A DNA stretch of 52,080 nucleotides, from positions 1 to 52,080 of IMG/VR virus record IMGVR_UViG_3300042363_000655. One strand, 5' to 3'. The DNA comes from a virus. Taxonomy: Duplodnaviria > Caudoviricetes. The notes below the pieces were generated by a model, which saw nothing but the letters and a program-made list of their open reading frames with translations, was not told where the DNA came from and searched no databases. Shown here piece after piece: positions 19,138-28,117 of the stretch (position 1 is its first letter; each line of letters starts with the position of its first letter). A program made the translations under genes and the position numbers.

Positions 19138-19894
19138 GATAAGCGATTATAGCAATCCAGAGAAGGTTAAACCTGATTACGCGAGTAAAGAAGATTGCTT
19201 GAGAGTATATGTAAGAGAATTCACAAATAAAAACCTGATAGTTTTATGTGATAATGTTACAAAAGAAACTCATGAAATGGTTAAGAAGTATGCAGAAGAA
19301 GAAAACATATATCTTACTAAGAACGGTAATACAGGATCTTTTCTAGCTAGCTTACAACTAGCATATAATATAATTAAAGAAGGATTAGCACCTGAAGATA
19401 CCGTTTTCTATTTTCTAGAAGATGATTACCTACATAGGAGAGGAGCTTACTTTATCTTAATGGAAGCTTTTAGAGAACTAAACGCTGACTACGTAACACT
19501 TTATGATCATCCAGATAAATACCAGAACTTTAAAGACCCTAGATACGAATGGGGACATGGATTAGTAGACATAGAAGAAGATGGAATTAGAAAACCAGGA
19601 GTAATCTACAATGTAGGTAAGCAAGATACTATCTACATAAGTAAATCAACTCACTGGCGAACAGTAGACAGTACAACAATGACATGGGCTACTACAGCTA
19701 AGAATATTAAAGAGGATTATGAAGACCTTTATAATTTACACGAAGGACAGCCTTTACCAATGGGTGGGACTACCTTTAAGTTATTAGCCGAAAAAGGTAA
19801 AAAGCTTCTTAGTCCAATTACTGCATATTCAACTCATGCAGAAGAAAAATGGATGGCTTATTTTATTGACTGGAAAAAAGAATCATTATGCTAA
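19115..19894 (+). CDS. GT-A-like glycosyltransferase
   Basis: VLCDN, YFLEDDYLH, VTLYDHPDKY, STH. Confidence 0.7.
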   Translation: MNLVTIYRISDYSNPEKVKPDYASKEDCLRVYVREFTNKNLIVLCDNVTKETHEMVKKYAEEENIYLTKNGNTGSFLASLQLAYNIIKEGLAPEDTVFYFLEDDYLHRRGAYFILMEAFRELNADYVTLYDHPDKYQNFKDPRYEWGHGLVDIEEDGIRKPGVIYNVGKQDTIYISKSTHWRTVDSTTMTWATTAKNIKEDYEDLYNLHEGQPLPMGGTTFKLLAEKGKKLLSPITAYSTHAEEKWMAYFIDWKKESLC

Positions 19895-20718
19895 CACATT
19901 GTATTAGTACGTACAATAATCTACCGTACTTAAAACTAGCAGTAGAGTCTGTTAGAAAGAATAGCTACTTTAAAGATGCTCCATTTATTGTTCATGCAGA
20001 GAATTGCACAGACGGAACCTACCAATGGTTAGCTGATAATGGAGTAAAATACGACCTAACGATCTATATTAAAGACTTAGAACCTTCTGGATTAGGGCAA
20101 GGTATGAATTTTGTAGCTGAAAAATGCGAAACAGAATACATTAACTTCCTACATTCAGATTTCTACGTTACAGAGAATTGGGACCTAGAGCTACTTAAAG
20201 TACATGAAGCTAATCCTGATAAGAAGTTATGGGTTAACTCTTTTAGAATAGAACCTAATATGTTTAACTCTCCAACTCGTCATGGAACTTTACTAGTAGA
20301 GCCATCAGACTTTGGCAGTTATGCAAATGACTTTGATAAAGAAAGATTAGAAGAGTACGCTAAAGAGTTTGCTCTTCTAAATGACTTTCAGATACCAAAA
20401 GGAGAAGGAGTTTCTGGCTTAGTAAAGAAATCTGTTTGGGATGAAGTTGGAGGAAATGATCCTCTATTTGCTCCTACTAGTTGGGATGATATGGATTTGT
20501 TTTTGAGAATGAAAGAAGCAGGTGTTGAGTTTGTAATGCCGTCTAAATCTGTAGTATGGCATTTCGGAGCTAGAGGTAGTCACCGACTAGAAGAGAATGG
20601 AGGACAATCCTCAGAAAGACAGAAGAGAGCAGAGGCTGAGAATGTAAGAAAATTTTATAGTAAGTGGAATGGTCTACCAACCTTTGATGCTTACGGAATG
20701 ATAAATGGAATTAGATAA
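19888..20718 (+). CDS. glycosyltransferase family 2
   Basis: ISTYN, FLHSD, VGGND, DDMDLFLR, VWHFG. Confidence 0.88.
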   Translation: MLTHCISTYNNLPYLKLAVESVRKNSYFKDAPFIVHAENCTDGTYQWLADNGVKYDLTIYIKDLEPSGLGQGMNFVAEKCETEYINFLHSDFYVTENWDLELLKVHEANPDKKLWVNSFRIEPNMFNSPTRHGTLLVEPSDFGSYANDFDKERLEEYAKEFALLNDFQIPKGEGVSGLVKKSVWDEVGGNDPLFAPTSWDDMDLFLRMKEAGVEFVMPSKSVVWHFGARGSHRLEENGGQSSERQKRAEAENVRKFYSKWNGLPTFDAYGMINGIR

Positions 20719-21905
20719 TGGAAAAAATAACATTTTGTATTCCTAGTAAGAATAATCTAAGGTATTTAAAGACCTGTATTAAATCTATTAGAGAGAATGC
20801 ATTTAGACCAGATCATGATATAATCGTATTTGTAGATTCAGATAACGACGGCACAGTTGAATGGTTGCGTGAGAATAAAGATAAATACGAAGTAACTTAC
20901 TTTGTTAATCCTAAGCTAGGTAAAGAGCTTTACGGTATAGGAAAAGCATATGATTACTGTGTCGACAAAAGTACTACATCTGCTTTTATGATCTTCCATG
21001 CAGATATGATATTAGGTAAGAACGCAGACTTAAATGCATGGAATCAACTACAGAAGAAGATAGTAGTCTGCTCTACTCGAATAGAACCTCCTTTGCATCC
21101 AAATGCAGGAGAAAAGATATTAATGGACTTTGGAGTATGGCCGGAAGAATTTAAAGAAGAAGCTTTTAATGAGTTTGTATCTAGAGAGAATAACTCAAGT
21201 CAGGTAACAGAAGGAATCTTTGCACCATGGATGATGTATAAAGAAGACTACTCAACCCTAGGCGGACATGATCCTATTCTGAAATCAGCTAGAGAAGATT
21301 CAGATATCTTTAATAGAATGCTTTTAGCTGGGTTTAGCTTTATACAACCGTGGGCGAGTTTAGTATACCATTTTACAGGAAGAGGAGGACAATTCCAACA
21401 TGGAAGCGTAGGAGAGAAGAAAGATGAAGAATGGCAGCAGCTTATGAATAACTCTACTAGAGAGTTTATACGTAAATGGGGTTCTAACGTGAAACACACG
21501 TCGCTAATGAAGCCAATTGTAAGCCCTAAGTACAATATAGGTTTTGCAGTTAAATACTGTAATTTACAGTTATTAGACACATTAGAACCTTGGTGTGATA
21601 GAATCTATATAGATGATGAGATGGGAGTTCTATTTGCATCTTATTACGAATATGAACATAAAAGAACTAGTTACGACCTAAAGAAAAGAGTACTTACATT
21701 AGGATATCAGAATCCACATGAATACGACGATGTTGTTGTAGAGATTGATAGAAATACATTTAATAATCAAGACTTTCAGATATTGCAACAGCTTCCAGAT
21801 ATCTTACAGGAACAGGGACATCCGGGTAAGTTTAAGCTAGGTAATATGGTGATAATAGTTCATCAACTAGAAGAGCATCAAAATTCTCTAATACAAATAT
21901 CCTAA
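20718..21905 (+). CDS. glycosyltransferase family 2
   Basis: FCIPSKN, DSDNDGT, FHADM, LGGHD, EDSDIFNR, YHF. Confidence 0.88.
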   Translation: MEKITFCIPSKNNLRYLKTCIKSIRENAFRPDHDIIVFVDSDNDGTVEWLRENKDKYEVTYFVNPKLGKELYGIGKAYDYCVDKSTTSAFMIFHADMILGKNADLNAWNQLQKKIVVCSTRIEPPLHPNAGEKILMDFGVWPEEFKEEAFNEFVSRENNSSQVTEGIFAPWMMYKEDYSTLGGHDPILKSAREDSDIFNRMLLAGFSFIQPWASLVYHFTGRGGQFQHGSVGEKKDEEWQQLMNNSTREFIRKWGSNVKHTSLMKPIVSPKYNIGFAVKYCNLQLLDTLEPWCDRIYIDDEMGVLFASYYEYEHKRTSYDLKKRVLTLGYQNPHEYDDVVVEIDRNTFNNQDFQILQQLPDILQEQGHPGKFKLGNMVIIVHQLEEHQNSLIQIS

Positions 21906-21942
21906 GCTATTTATTTATATAATTGAAAACATTTCAAACACT

Positions 21943-22326
21943 ATGGACTATATAAAAGAAATTAAACAAATAATAGGTGAAGCAGCGAAAGTAAACTTTG
22001 CTGGACATTCATTTATCTTAAAGGTAGATGTAAACGAAGATCCTCAAAAGAAAGGTATCAAGGTACAATTCTTACCTACTCAGTTTGGAGCAATCACTCC
22101 TACAGAACAGAACGACATTGCTATTGAATTAGAAGAAAGACTTGAAAAAGGTCTAGCAGAGTTCGGAATGAGAGTAGAAAGAGACCGTAACCTGAAGGAT
22201 AAGACAATTGTAGGATTTTTCATCTACATTGAATATATAGATAAGATTGTACGTCAAGCATTAGCAGGACAGAACCCAGGTGCTGCTGCTCCAGAAGAAG
22301 CTCCAGAAGATAAGTTAACAGCTTAG
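21943..22326 (+). CDS. hypothetical protein
   Basis: ORF following TATTTATA motif. Confidence 0.7.
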   Translation: MDYIKEIKQIIGEAAKVNFAGHSFILKVDVNEDPQKKGIKVQFLPTQFGAITPTEQNDIAIELEERLEKGLAEFGMRVERDRNLKDKTIVGFFIYIEYIDKIVRQALAGQNPGAAAPEEAPEDKLTA

Positions 22327-22362
22327 AAATTATAATAACAGGTTACTTTAAATTGATTAGAT

Positions 22363-22776
22363 ATGAATGAGAAAACTGCTATAAGATCAATTGTAAAGAA
22401 CTACTTAAAGGTTGGTTTTAAACTAAAGCTTAAAGAACAAGATAGAACTCTTATGAATAAGAAGCTGTTTATAGAGACCTTGACTATTTTAAGAGAAATA
22501 GAAGATAGGAGAGATTTTATGGAAGAGGAGATTGGACTTGACCCTACAGTGTATGAAGAGAAATTCATACAGGTTATCGAAAATCTCTTCAAGATGATAT
22601 TTAATAAGCAACAAATGACGTTGATTAATCTCTATCTCTTCGACCTAGTTCACGATCAAGAGTGGGACGGAAAACTGAAATTAGACTTAAAAGTAGGTAG
22701 CGGGGAAGTACAACAACAAGTCTTTAACTTCAGAACTCCAGCAGAGGTTTGGGACGTTATAGAGTTACTTAAATAA
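22363..22776 (+). CDS. hypothetical protein
   Basis: 137-aa ORF in gene run. Confidence 0.7.
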   Translation: MNEKTAIRSIVKNYLKVGFKLKLKEQDRTLMNKKLFIETLTILREIEDRRDFMEEEIGLDPTVYEEKFIQVIENLFKMIFNKQQMTLINLYLFDLVHDQEWDGKLKLDLKVGSGEVQQQVFNFRTPAEVWDVIELLK

Positions 22777-22782
22777 TGTAAA

Positions 22783-22974
22783 ATGATTTTAATAGATTTA
22801 AAAAAATACAAATCCTTAGATCAAGCTTTAAAAGCTTATAAGCAAAAACATAACAAATTAGGTATAGTAAAAGAGCTAAGAGACCGTCAGGAATTTGTTA
22901 AACCTTCAGTTAAGAAGAGAGCTCAAAACTTAAAAGCACAATACGTGCAAAAGAAATTCGGACCTAAGGATTAG
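22783..22974 (+). CDS. rpsU: 30S ribosomal protein bS21, phage-encoded
   Basis: SLDQALKAYKQK..K.GIVKELRDRQEFVKPSVKKR fits the Bacteroidota-type bS21 pattern. Confidence 0.88.
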   Translation: MILIDLKKYKSLDQALKAYKQKHNKLGIVKELRDRQEFVKPSVKKRAQNLKAQYVQKKFGPKD

Positions 22975-22995
22975 GGAAATTCTTTTTTAAAAGTA

Positions 22996-23027
22996 GTGGC
23001 TTTAGAACTATATATTTCATATCTTTA
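22996..23027 (+). promoter_or_regulatory. putative phage promoter GTGGC-N16-TCATATCTTTA
   Basis: Repeated motif family. Confidence 0.6.
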
Positions 23028-23055
23028 TGAACTATAAATTTAAAACGGTTATAAT

Positions 23056-23472
23056 ATGCAATTAGAAATGATTAACTGCACAAAGTGCAACTCCTTGATG
23101 CCTAAGTTGAGAAAAGAGAAATACGGATATTCTTTCTGTATTAATTGCTCAACAGAGAAACCTTTAATGGCTAGAACAGTTACATTTGGCACTGGAGATG
23201 ATATCTGGACTGATACGGAAATTATAACGCAAGATCAAGCTCAAAGAATTCTAGAATTAGAAGCTAATGCTCTAGGCAGAAAAGTAGTAGGTGAGATTGA
23301 AGCGTTAGACTTCGATACAGAAGAAGGACCAGTATCACAATCTGTAACTCCAATTATAAAACGTCTAATCGACGAAGATGAGATGGATGATCAATCAGCT
23401 TTTGTCTACGATGCAGATTATGATTCTGTAGAGGAAGAAGAAGATGATAAAGACGATATCTCAGACGATTAA
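23056..23472 (+). CDS. DksA/TraR-type C4 zinc-finger protein with very acidic tail
   Basis: CTKC...MPKLR......CINC; C-terminal D/E tract. Confidence 0.55.
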   Translation: MQLEMINCTKCNSLMPKLRKEKYGYSFCINCSTEKPLMARTVTFGTGDDIWTDTEIITQDQAQRILELEANALGRKVVGEIEALDFDTEEGPVSQSVTPIIKRLIDEDEMDDQSAFVYDADYDSVEEEEDDKDDISDD

Positions 23473-23474
23473 TA

Positions 23475-24113
23475 ATGGCTAGACCTTCAAAAATATTATC
23501 TAAAGAAGATGTACTACGTGCAATAAAGATGACTCGCTCCAATCGAGCAGCAGCTAGGTACCTTCATGTTTCGTACAACCATTATAAAAAGTATGCTAAG
23601 CTTTATAAAGATGAAGATAGCGGATTGACTTTACTTGAGACACATCTTAACCAGTCCGGTAAAGGTATTCCTAAGTTCTTAAGTAATGGAGGTAAGGAAC
23701 CACCTTTGATGGATTTGATAGAAGGAAGGATACCTGTAGAGCATTTTGATGCAAAGAAGATCAAGCAGAGAATTATATTTGAAGCTCTAATTGAAGAGAA
23801 ATGTAACAAATGTGACTTTAGTGAAAGAAGGGTAGTAGATAATAAAATACCTTTAATCTTGAATCACAAAGACGGTAACCAACGTAATTACCATTTAGAT
23901 AACTTAGAATTTTTATGCTACAACTGCTCATTCTTATATGCTGCATCTCCAATTACAGATGCTCAAGTAGACGGAATGGAAGACTATGTACCATCTAAAG
24001 AAGAGTTTACTTGGGAGTTAGATGAGTACCATCTTGAGCATTTAAAATCTCTAGGATTATATAAAGAGGAAGAAGAAAAACCAATCGGCCACGAATATAT
24101 AACACGCCAGTAA
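23475..24113 (+). CDS. HNH-like endonuclease with N-terminal HTH
   Basis: SNRAAARYLHVSY helix-turn-helix; CNKC...HKDGNQRNYHLDNLEFLCYNC. Confidence 0.75.
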   Translation: MARPSKILSKEDVLRAIKMTRSNRAAARYLHVSYNHYKKYAKLYKDEDSGLTLLETHLNQSGKGIPKFLSNGGKEPPLMDLIEGRIPVEHFDAKKIKQRIIFEALIEEKCNKCDFSERRVVDNKIPLILNHKDGNQRNYHLDNLEFLCYNCSFLYAASPITDAQVDGMEDYVPSKEEFTWELDEYHLEHLKSLGLYKEEEEKPIGHEYITRQ

Positions 24114-24124
24114 TATTTATGTAC

Positions 24125-24280
24125 ATGGAAGATAAATCAAAAAAAGGAAAACCTAAATTAAAAGGTAAGAGACCCAAGCCTCTAGAAAGAAAGGTAGCAG
24201 ATGATTTAATCAAGTTACATGAACGTAATGAGAAGTTACGAGAGAAGAATATTAAGACGGACTTTTTTAAGCTATTCTAG
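24125..24280 (+). CDS. small basic protein (51 aa, not in ORF track)
   Basis: MEDKSKKGKPKLKGKRPKPLERKVADDL...FFKLF*, fills the intergenic gap. Confidence 0.55.
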   Translation: MEDKSKKGKPKLKGKRPKPLERKVADDLIKLHERNEKLREKNIKTDFFKLF

Positions 24281-24311
24281 TTGGAACTCAGCAGAAAAGT
24301 TCGTACATTTA
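24280..24311 (+). promoter_or_regulatory. putative phage promoter GTTGG-N16-TCGTACATTTA
   Basis: Repeated motif family. Confidence 0.55.
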
Positions 24312-24330
24312 TTAACTAAAAGAAGTAATT

Positions 24331-24882
24331 ATGATATACAAGTTTAATAAGAATTCTTTAAATTTTGAAAAGACAAGTAGATTCAAATTATTGATACGCC
24401 CTATACTTGCAACAGCTATAATCACAGGTGTATTTGGATATACAGCAAAACAAGAAGCAAGCATTCCAGAAGAACAAAAACTAATTGTACTAAAAGAGAT
24501 TAATCAATTCTCAGAAGATAGATTAGTTGAGAAGATTGCAGGATTGAATTTTAGATTTCCTCATATTGTTTTAGCACAGGCTAAGTTAGAGTCAAATAAC
24601 TTCCGTTCTTACTTATTCAAAGAGAATAATAATATGTTTGGTATGAAGTTAGCAAGCTCTAGATTGACCTTAGCAAAAGGATCAGAGCATGGATATGCTT
24701 CCTATGAGAGCTGGAATGAATCGCTAATGGACTATGCTTTATACTACTCTAGCTACTTGAAGAATATTAGAACAGAGAGAGAATACTATCAGTTCTTATC
24801 TAAGTTTTATGCAGAGGATGTTGCTTATGTAGAAAAAGTACAAAATTTAATTATAAAAGAAAAACTCAAATCTAAATTTTAA
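24331..24882 (+). CDS. membrane-anchored glucosaminidase-type peptidoglycan hydrolase (GH73/FlgJ-like)
   Basis: IVLAQAKLES, NNMFGMK, YASYESW, YAED..Y. Confidence 0.85.
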   Translation: MIYKFNKNSLNFEKTSRFKLLIRPILATAIITGVFGYTAKQEASIPEEQKLIVLKEINQFSEDRLVEKIAGLNFRFPHIVLAQAKLESNNFRSYLFKENNNMFGMKLASSRLTLAKGSEHGYASYESWNESLMDYALYYSSYLKNIRTEREYYQFLSKFYAEDVAYVEKVQNLIIKEKLKSKF

Positions 24883-24896
24883 AACAAGAACAGGTT

Positions 24897-25268
24897 ATGA
24901 TTAGTATTCTAGAAAAAATCGAAAACTATTTTAGACGTAAACCAAAGTACAACGACAAAGAAGTAAAGCTTCTAGAAGTAGTTACTAAGATGGTTACAAG
25001 CCCCGACGTTGACTTAGTATGCAATCCAATGAATGGTGTATATTATATCTCAAATGAGAAGATTCACTATTATATGAAAGTTACTGAGTTTGAGATTACT
25101 ATTACTAATACAAAGTTTGCTTACAATCATGTCTATACAAGTGGCTTTGGCAACGAAATATTAAACTTAGTAAGAGAAGCTGTTAATCAGCAAGTTGAAG
25201 AGTTTGATAGAAAGGTTTTTATTAACGAAGTAAACCTTTTAACAAACATAGAAAAAGCCATCCGATAA
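24897..25268 (+). CDS. hypothetical protein
   Basis: ORF with GGTT-ATG start context. Confidence 0.7.
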   Translation: MISILEKIENYFRRKPKYNDKEVKLLEVVTKMVTSPDVDLVCNPMNGVYYISNEKIHYYMKVTEFEITITNTKFAYNHVYTSGFGNEILNLVREAVNQQVEEFDRKVFINEVNLLTNIEKAIR

Positions 25269-25269
25269 T

Positions 25270-25602
25270 ATGATAGAAATAAGTGTAAAGAACTATGATG
25301 AATTAGATGAAATATTCAATCCTGAAAATGAAATCTTAATCGAAGGAATGTATAAAGCAGTTAACCAGGCTTTTAAGGAAGGTAAATCAACTGCTGAAGT
25401 ATTTAGAATAACAGTAGGTGAAGCTGATTACAGCTACGAAGTAAGTGTTCCTAGAGAGGAATGGAGTAACGTATTGGAGACAGTCTTAAACTTCTTCCAT
25501 AAAGAAGAACGAACTGATGAATGCATTGATGTATGGCAACTTCAGGAGGGAATTAAATCTGGAAAAGTTAATAAGAAAAAAGTTGCAGATAAGAAGCAAT
25601 AA
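25270..25602 (+). CDS. hypothetical protein
   Basis: 110-aa ORF in gene run. Confidence 0.7.
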   Translation: MIEISVKNYDELDEIFNPENEILIEGMYKAVNQAFKEGKSTAEVFRITVGEADYSYEVSVPREEWSNVLETVLNFFHKEERTDECIDVWQLQEGIKSGKVNKKKVADKKQ

Positions 25603-25613
25603 TCGTATATTAA
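25582..25613 (+). promoter_or_regulatory. putative phage promoter GTTGC-N16-TCGTATATTAA
   Basis: Repeated motif family. Confidence 0.6.
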
Positions 25614-25640
25614 ATATATAAACAATTAAACAGTTATAAG

Positions 25641-25892
25641 ATGAATTACACACAGAAGATCTCAAAGATCGCAAGCAAGCGCCGTAACGGTGACGTTCCA
25701 CGTATTAGTGAAGTATTAGAGAACAACTACAGTACTTCTCACATTACAAATGTATTAAATGGAGTTCGTTTCAACGATCGTATCGTTAACGCTGCTTACC
25801 GCTTGTTGTATCGCAGAGAAAGCAATGCTACAAAGATTAGCAAATTGACAACAAAATTGACAGAAACTAAGTCAATGGTTGTTGCTAAGTAA
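25641..25892 (+). CDS. small basic HTH-like DNA-binding protein
   Basis: ISEVL...YSTSHITNVLNG; has its own promoter and terminator. Confidence 0.55.
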   Translation: MNYTQKISKIASKRRNGDVPRISEVLENNYSTSHITNVLNGVRFNDRIVNAAYRLLYRRESNATKISKLTTKLTETKSMVVAK

Positions 25893-25908
25893 GCAATGTA
25901 GAATGTAG

Positions 25909-25939
25909 AAAGAGGCCTCCTTTTAGGGGGTCTTTTTTT
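25909..25939 (+). terminator. intrinsic terminator
   Basis: AAGAGGCCTCC/GGGGGTCTTTT stem followed by T-tract. Confidence 0.8.
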
Positions 25940-25980
25940 GTTCTTTCCGGAAAAAAAAGTGAAAAAAAAATTGTGAGTTA

Positions 25981-26017
25981 GTGGCTTTTCTGCGTTCTTT
26001 TTCGTAATTTAAGGTAT
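25981..26017 (+). promoter_or_regulatory. putative early promoter GTGGC-N16-TCGTAATTTAAGGTAT
   Basis: Repeated motif, CTGCGT/AAGGTAT subclass. Confidence 0.7.
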
Positions 26018-26061
26018 GTTAGAGAGATAGATACTTTAACAGTTACTTAAATATAAAGGTT

Positions 26062-26223
26062 ATGTCTAGAAATGAATTAAAATTCGAAATGCTACTAGCA
26101 CAGCTAGAGCAAGCCTCCATTCGCTTGGAGCAGTATAAGGCCAAAGGTTGGTCTTCTATGGTAGAGAGCACTACAGCTCTTATGGCTAAATTGGAAGCCA
26201 AAATCGACGCTTTAGAAGCGTAG
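26062..26223 (+). CDS. small coiled-coil protein (53 aa, not in ORF track)
   Basis: AAAGGTT-ATG start; MSRNELKFEMLLAQLEQ...KIDALEA*. Confidence 0.7.
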   Translation: MSRNELKFEMLLAQLEQASIRLEQYKAKGWSSMVESTTALMAKLEAKIDALEA

Positions 26224-26243
26224 AAAATAAAGTTCCGGAAATA

Positions 26244-26280
26244 GTTGCTAGTCTGCGTACTATTTCATATCTTAAGGTAT
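26244..26280 (+). promoter_or_regulatory. putative early promoter GTTGC-N16-TCATATCTTAAGGTAT
   Basis: Near-identical to copies at 44064 and 46019. Confidence 0.75.
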
Positions 26281-26298
26281 AATTAAAAAATAAAGGTT

Positions 26299-26529
26299 AT
26301 GATGAATAAATTAAGTAGTAAGAAAGTAGTAGAACTCGTAGCAGAGTTTGGTGAGTTTGAAATCGGTCAAGTAATGGGCGGAGCCAATGATGTTTATCTT
26401 CGCTTTGGGTACTGGAGACGTGTTAATGCAGCTAAGCTTCAGGAAATGTTAGGTTTCGGATTCAAGGTTGTTGAAGATGATATCGACGATGACGATTGTG
26501 GTACTTTATATTCTTACAAATTAAGATAA
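26299..26529 (+). CDS. hypothetical early protein
   Basis: AAAGGTT-ATG start behind promoter. Confidence 0.7.
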   Translation: MMNKLSSKKVVELVAEFGEFEIGQVMGGANDVYLRFGYWRRVNAAKLQEMLGFGFKVVEDDIDDDDCGTLYSYKLR

Positions 26530-26533
26530 GGTT

Positions 26534-26875
26534 ATGTCAGAGAAAAGAGGACTTACAGTCAAGATTGAATACCCATTCAATACAGCAGGAGTACTAGAGT
26601 GTTACTATCCAGATTCAGATGCCTGGTATAGAACGACAGCTTCTGAGTTTAGAGCATTTGACGGTAGACGTCGAATAACTCAGCCGGAATACGTATCCAG
26701 AGCTAATAGAGATATTCCTATGGTTACGGAAGAGTATTATGGACCAGTCTACAAGTTGTATACTAATACAATAGTTGAGAGCAAAGGCCTTAATATGATT
26801 ATAGGAGGCACTAAATGGACGGAGATATACAATCCTCCTTCCGGAAAAAAAGAGAAAAAAAAGAAGGTAAGTTAG
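26534..26875 (+). CDS. hypothetical protein
   Basis: AAGGTT-ATG start. Confidence 0.7.
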   Translation: MSEKRGLTVKIEYPFNTAGVLECYYPDSDAWYRTTASEFRAFDGRRRITQPEYVSRANRDIPMVTEEYYGPVYKLYTNTIVESKGLNMIIGGTKWTEIYNPPSGKKEKKKKVS

Positions 26876-26911
26876 TTGCTTTTTAGTAACTAAGTTCGTA
26901 TCTTAAGGTAT
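26875..26911 (+). promoter_or_regulatory. putative early promoter GTTGC-N16-TCGTATCTTAAGGTAT
   Basis: Consensus copy of repeated motif. Confidence 0.75.
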
Positions 26912-26945
26912 AATAATTAATCAATCACTTAAAAAAAAATAGGTT

Positions 26946-27782
26946 ATGTTACAAACATTCAACAAGTCACTCGACACATTCATGACAAAAGAAGACATCA
27001 ACAAAGTATGTCCATTAGCATTCGCTTCAGCTCCTACTAACCCTAAGGTAAGTGGGAAGTATTTGCACGTCAATACTGAGACAATTATTGACGACTTGGC
27101 TAAGTTAAACTGGTTCCCAGTTACAGCTTCTCAGAGAAAAGCTCGTAAGAGCGGATCAAATTCGATCTTCTCTAAGCATATGATCTCTTTCCAAAACCCT
27201 GATATTATGATCAAGGGTGCTGACGGAGACGATGCTTTCCCTCGCATTATCATGACTAACTCTCATGATGGTTTTAACTCATTCCAGTTTGCAGTCGGTA
27301 TCTTCCGATTAGTATGCTCTAATGGACTGGTTGTAGCAGATGAGCAATTTGCTGACTTCCGTATCCGTCACGCAGGGTATACTTTCGAAGAGCTTCGTGG
27401 AGTAGTATCCAAAGCAGTTAATGACTTACCTAATAAGGTAGAGGTTCTTAACAAAATGAAGCAACGCATCTTAACTGATGAAGAGAAGATGAAGTTAGCA
27501 TTAGATGCTATGACGCTTCGTTCTGGTAAGCTTCCAGAAGGTTCAGTAATCGGTTACGATGATGAGACTCTTCGTGATATGTTAACTCCTAAGCGTACTG
27601 CTGATCAAGGAGATGATCTTTGGAAAGTATTTAACGTAATCCAAGAGAAAGTAACTCAAGGAGGCTTTAGTGCAGCCCTTCGTGGAGCTAAAGTTCGTAA
27701 GGTTCGTAAGATCAAATCTTTCGAGAAGGACTTGAAAGTTAATAAAGAGTTGTTCAAACTAGCAACAGCATTGCTTAACTAG
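26946..27782 (+). CDS. DUF932/DUF945 family protein
   Basis: SKHMI, NSHDG, GIFRLVCSNGLV, DLWKVFNVIQE. Confidence 0.9.
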   Translation: MLQTFNKSLDTFMTKEDINKVCPLAFASAPTNPKVSGKYLHVNTETIIDDLAKLNWFPVTASQRKARKSGSNSIFSKHMISFQNPDIMIKGADGDDAFPRIIMTNSHDGFNSFQFAVGIFRLVCSNGLVVADEQFADFRIRHAGYTFEELRGVVSKAVNDLPNKVEVLNKMKQRILTDEEKMKLALDAMTLRSGKLPEGSVIGYDDETLRDMLTPKRTADQGDDLWKVFNVIQEKVTQGGFSAALRGAKVRKVRKIKSFEKDLKVNKELFKLATALLN

Positions 27783-27796
27783 TTAGTAAATATAAA

Positions 27797-27825
27797 GGAG
27801 CCGGACTCACCTCCGGCTCTCTTTT
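27797..27825 (+). terminator. intrinsic terminator
   Basis: GAGCCGGA/TCCGGCTC stem followed by T-rich tract. Confidence 0.8.
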
Positions 27826-27836
27826 AACTTTTGTTT

Positions 27837-28004
27837 ATGCACGAAATTTTACATATATTAGGATTATGCGGTGAAAAGCATTTAAGCTTTCTCGCTTTAT
27901 TTACAGACCCAACATTAACAACAGAGATATGGAAAATGAGATATTATTTTGGAAGGATGGCGACTACACTGCAAGGGGCGGCTTCTTTATTAGGAATAAC
28001 TTGA
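27837..28004 (+). CDS. possible small protein (55 aa, MHEILHILGLCGEKH...)
   Basis: Open frame after terminator, overlapping next ORF. Confidence 0.3.
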   Translation: MHEILHILGLCGEKHLSFLALFTDPTLTTEIWKMRYYFGRMATTLQGAASLLGIT

Positions 28005-28117
28005 AAGAGTTTATACAGACTTTAATCGATGCAGGTCATGAACCTGTAGGTATTAAGATAGACATGGATAGTCTAAATTTAGAAGTAATCGTAAAAGCAA
28101 CAGATGAAGATAATTAG
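27929..28117 (+). CDS. hypothetical protein
   Basis: 62-aa ORF overlapping the next start. Confidence 0.6.
   Translation: MENEILFWKDGDYTARGGFFIRNNLKEFIQTLIDAGHEPVGIKIDMDSLNLEVIVKATDEDN

Noticed and set aside
2482-21905. Bacterial chromosome origin (groESL plus capsule locus)
   Set aside because: Single-strand gene packing, lysis cassette, phage-type PolA, many tiny ORFs and no transport or export genes argue for a phage.
23475-24113. HNH gene as part of a group I intron or mobile element
   Set aside because: Neighbouring genes are not interrupted and no intron-like structure or terminal repeats were seen.
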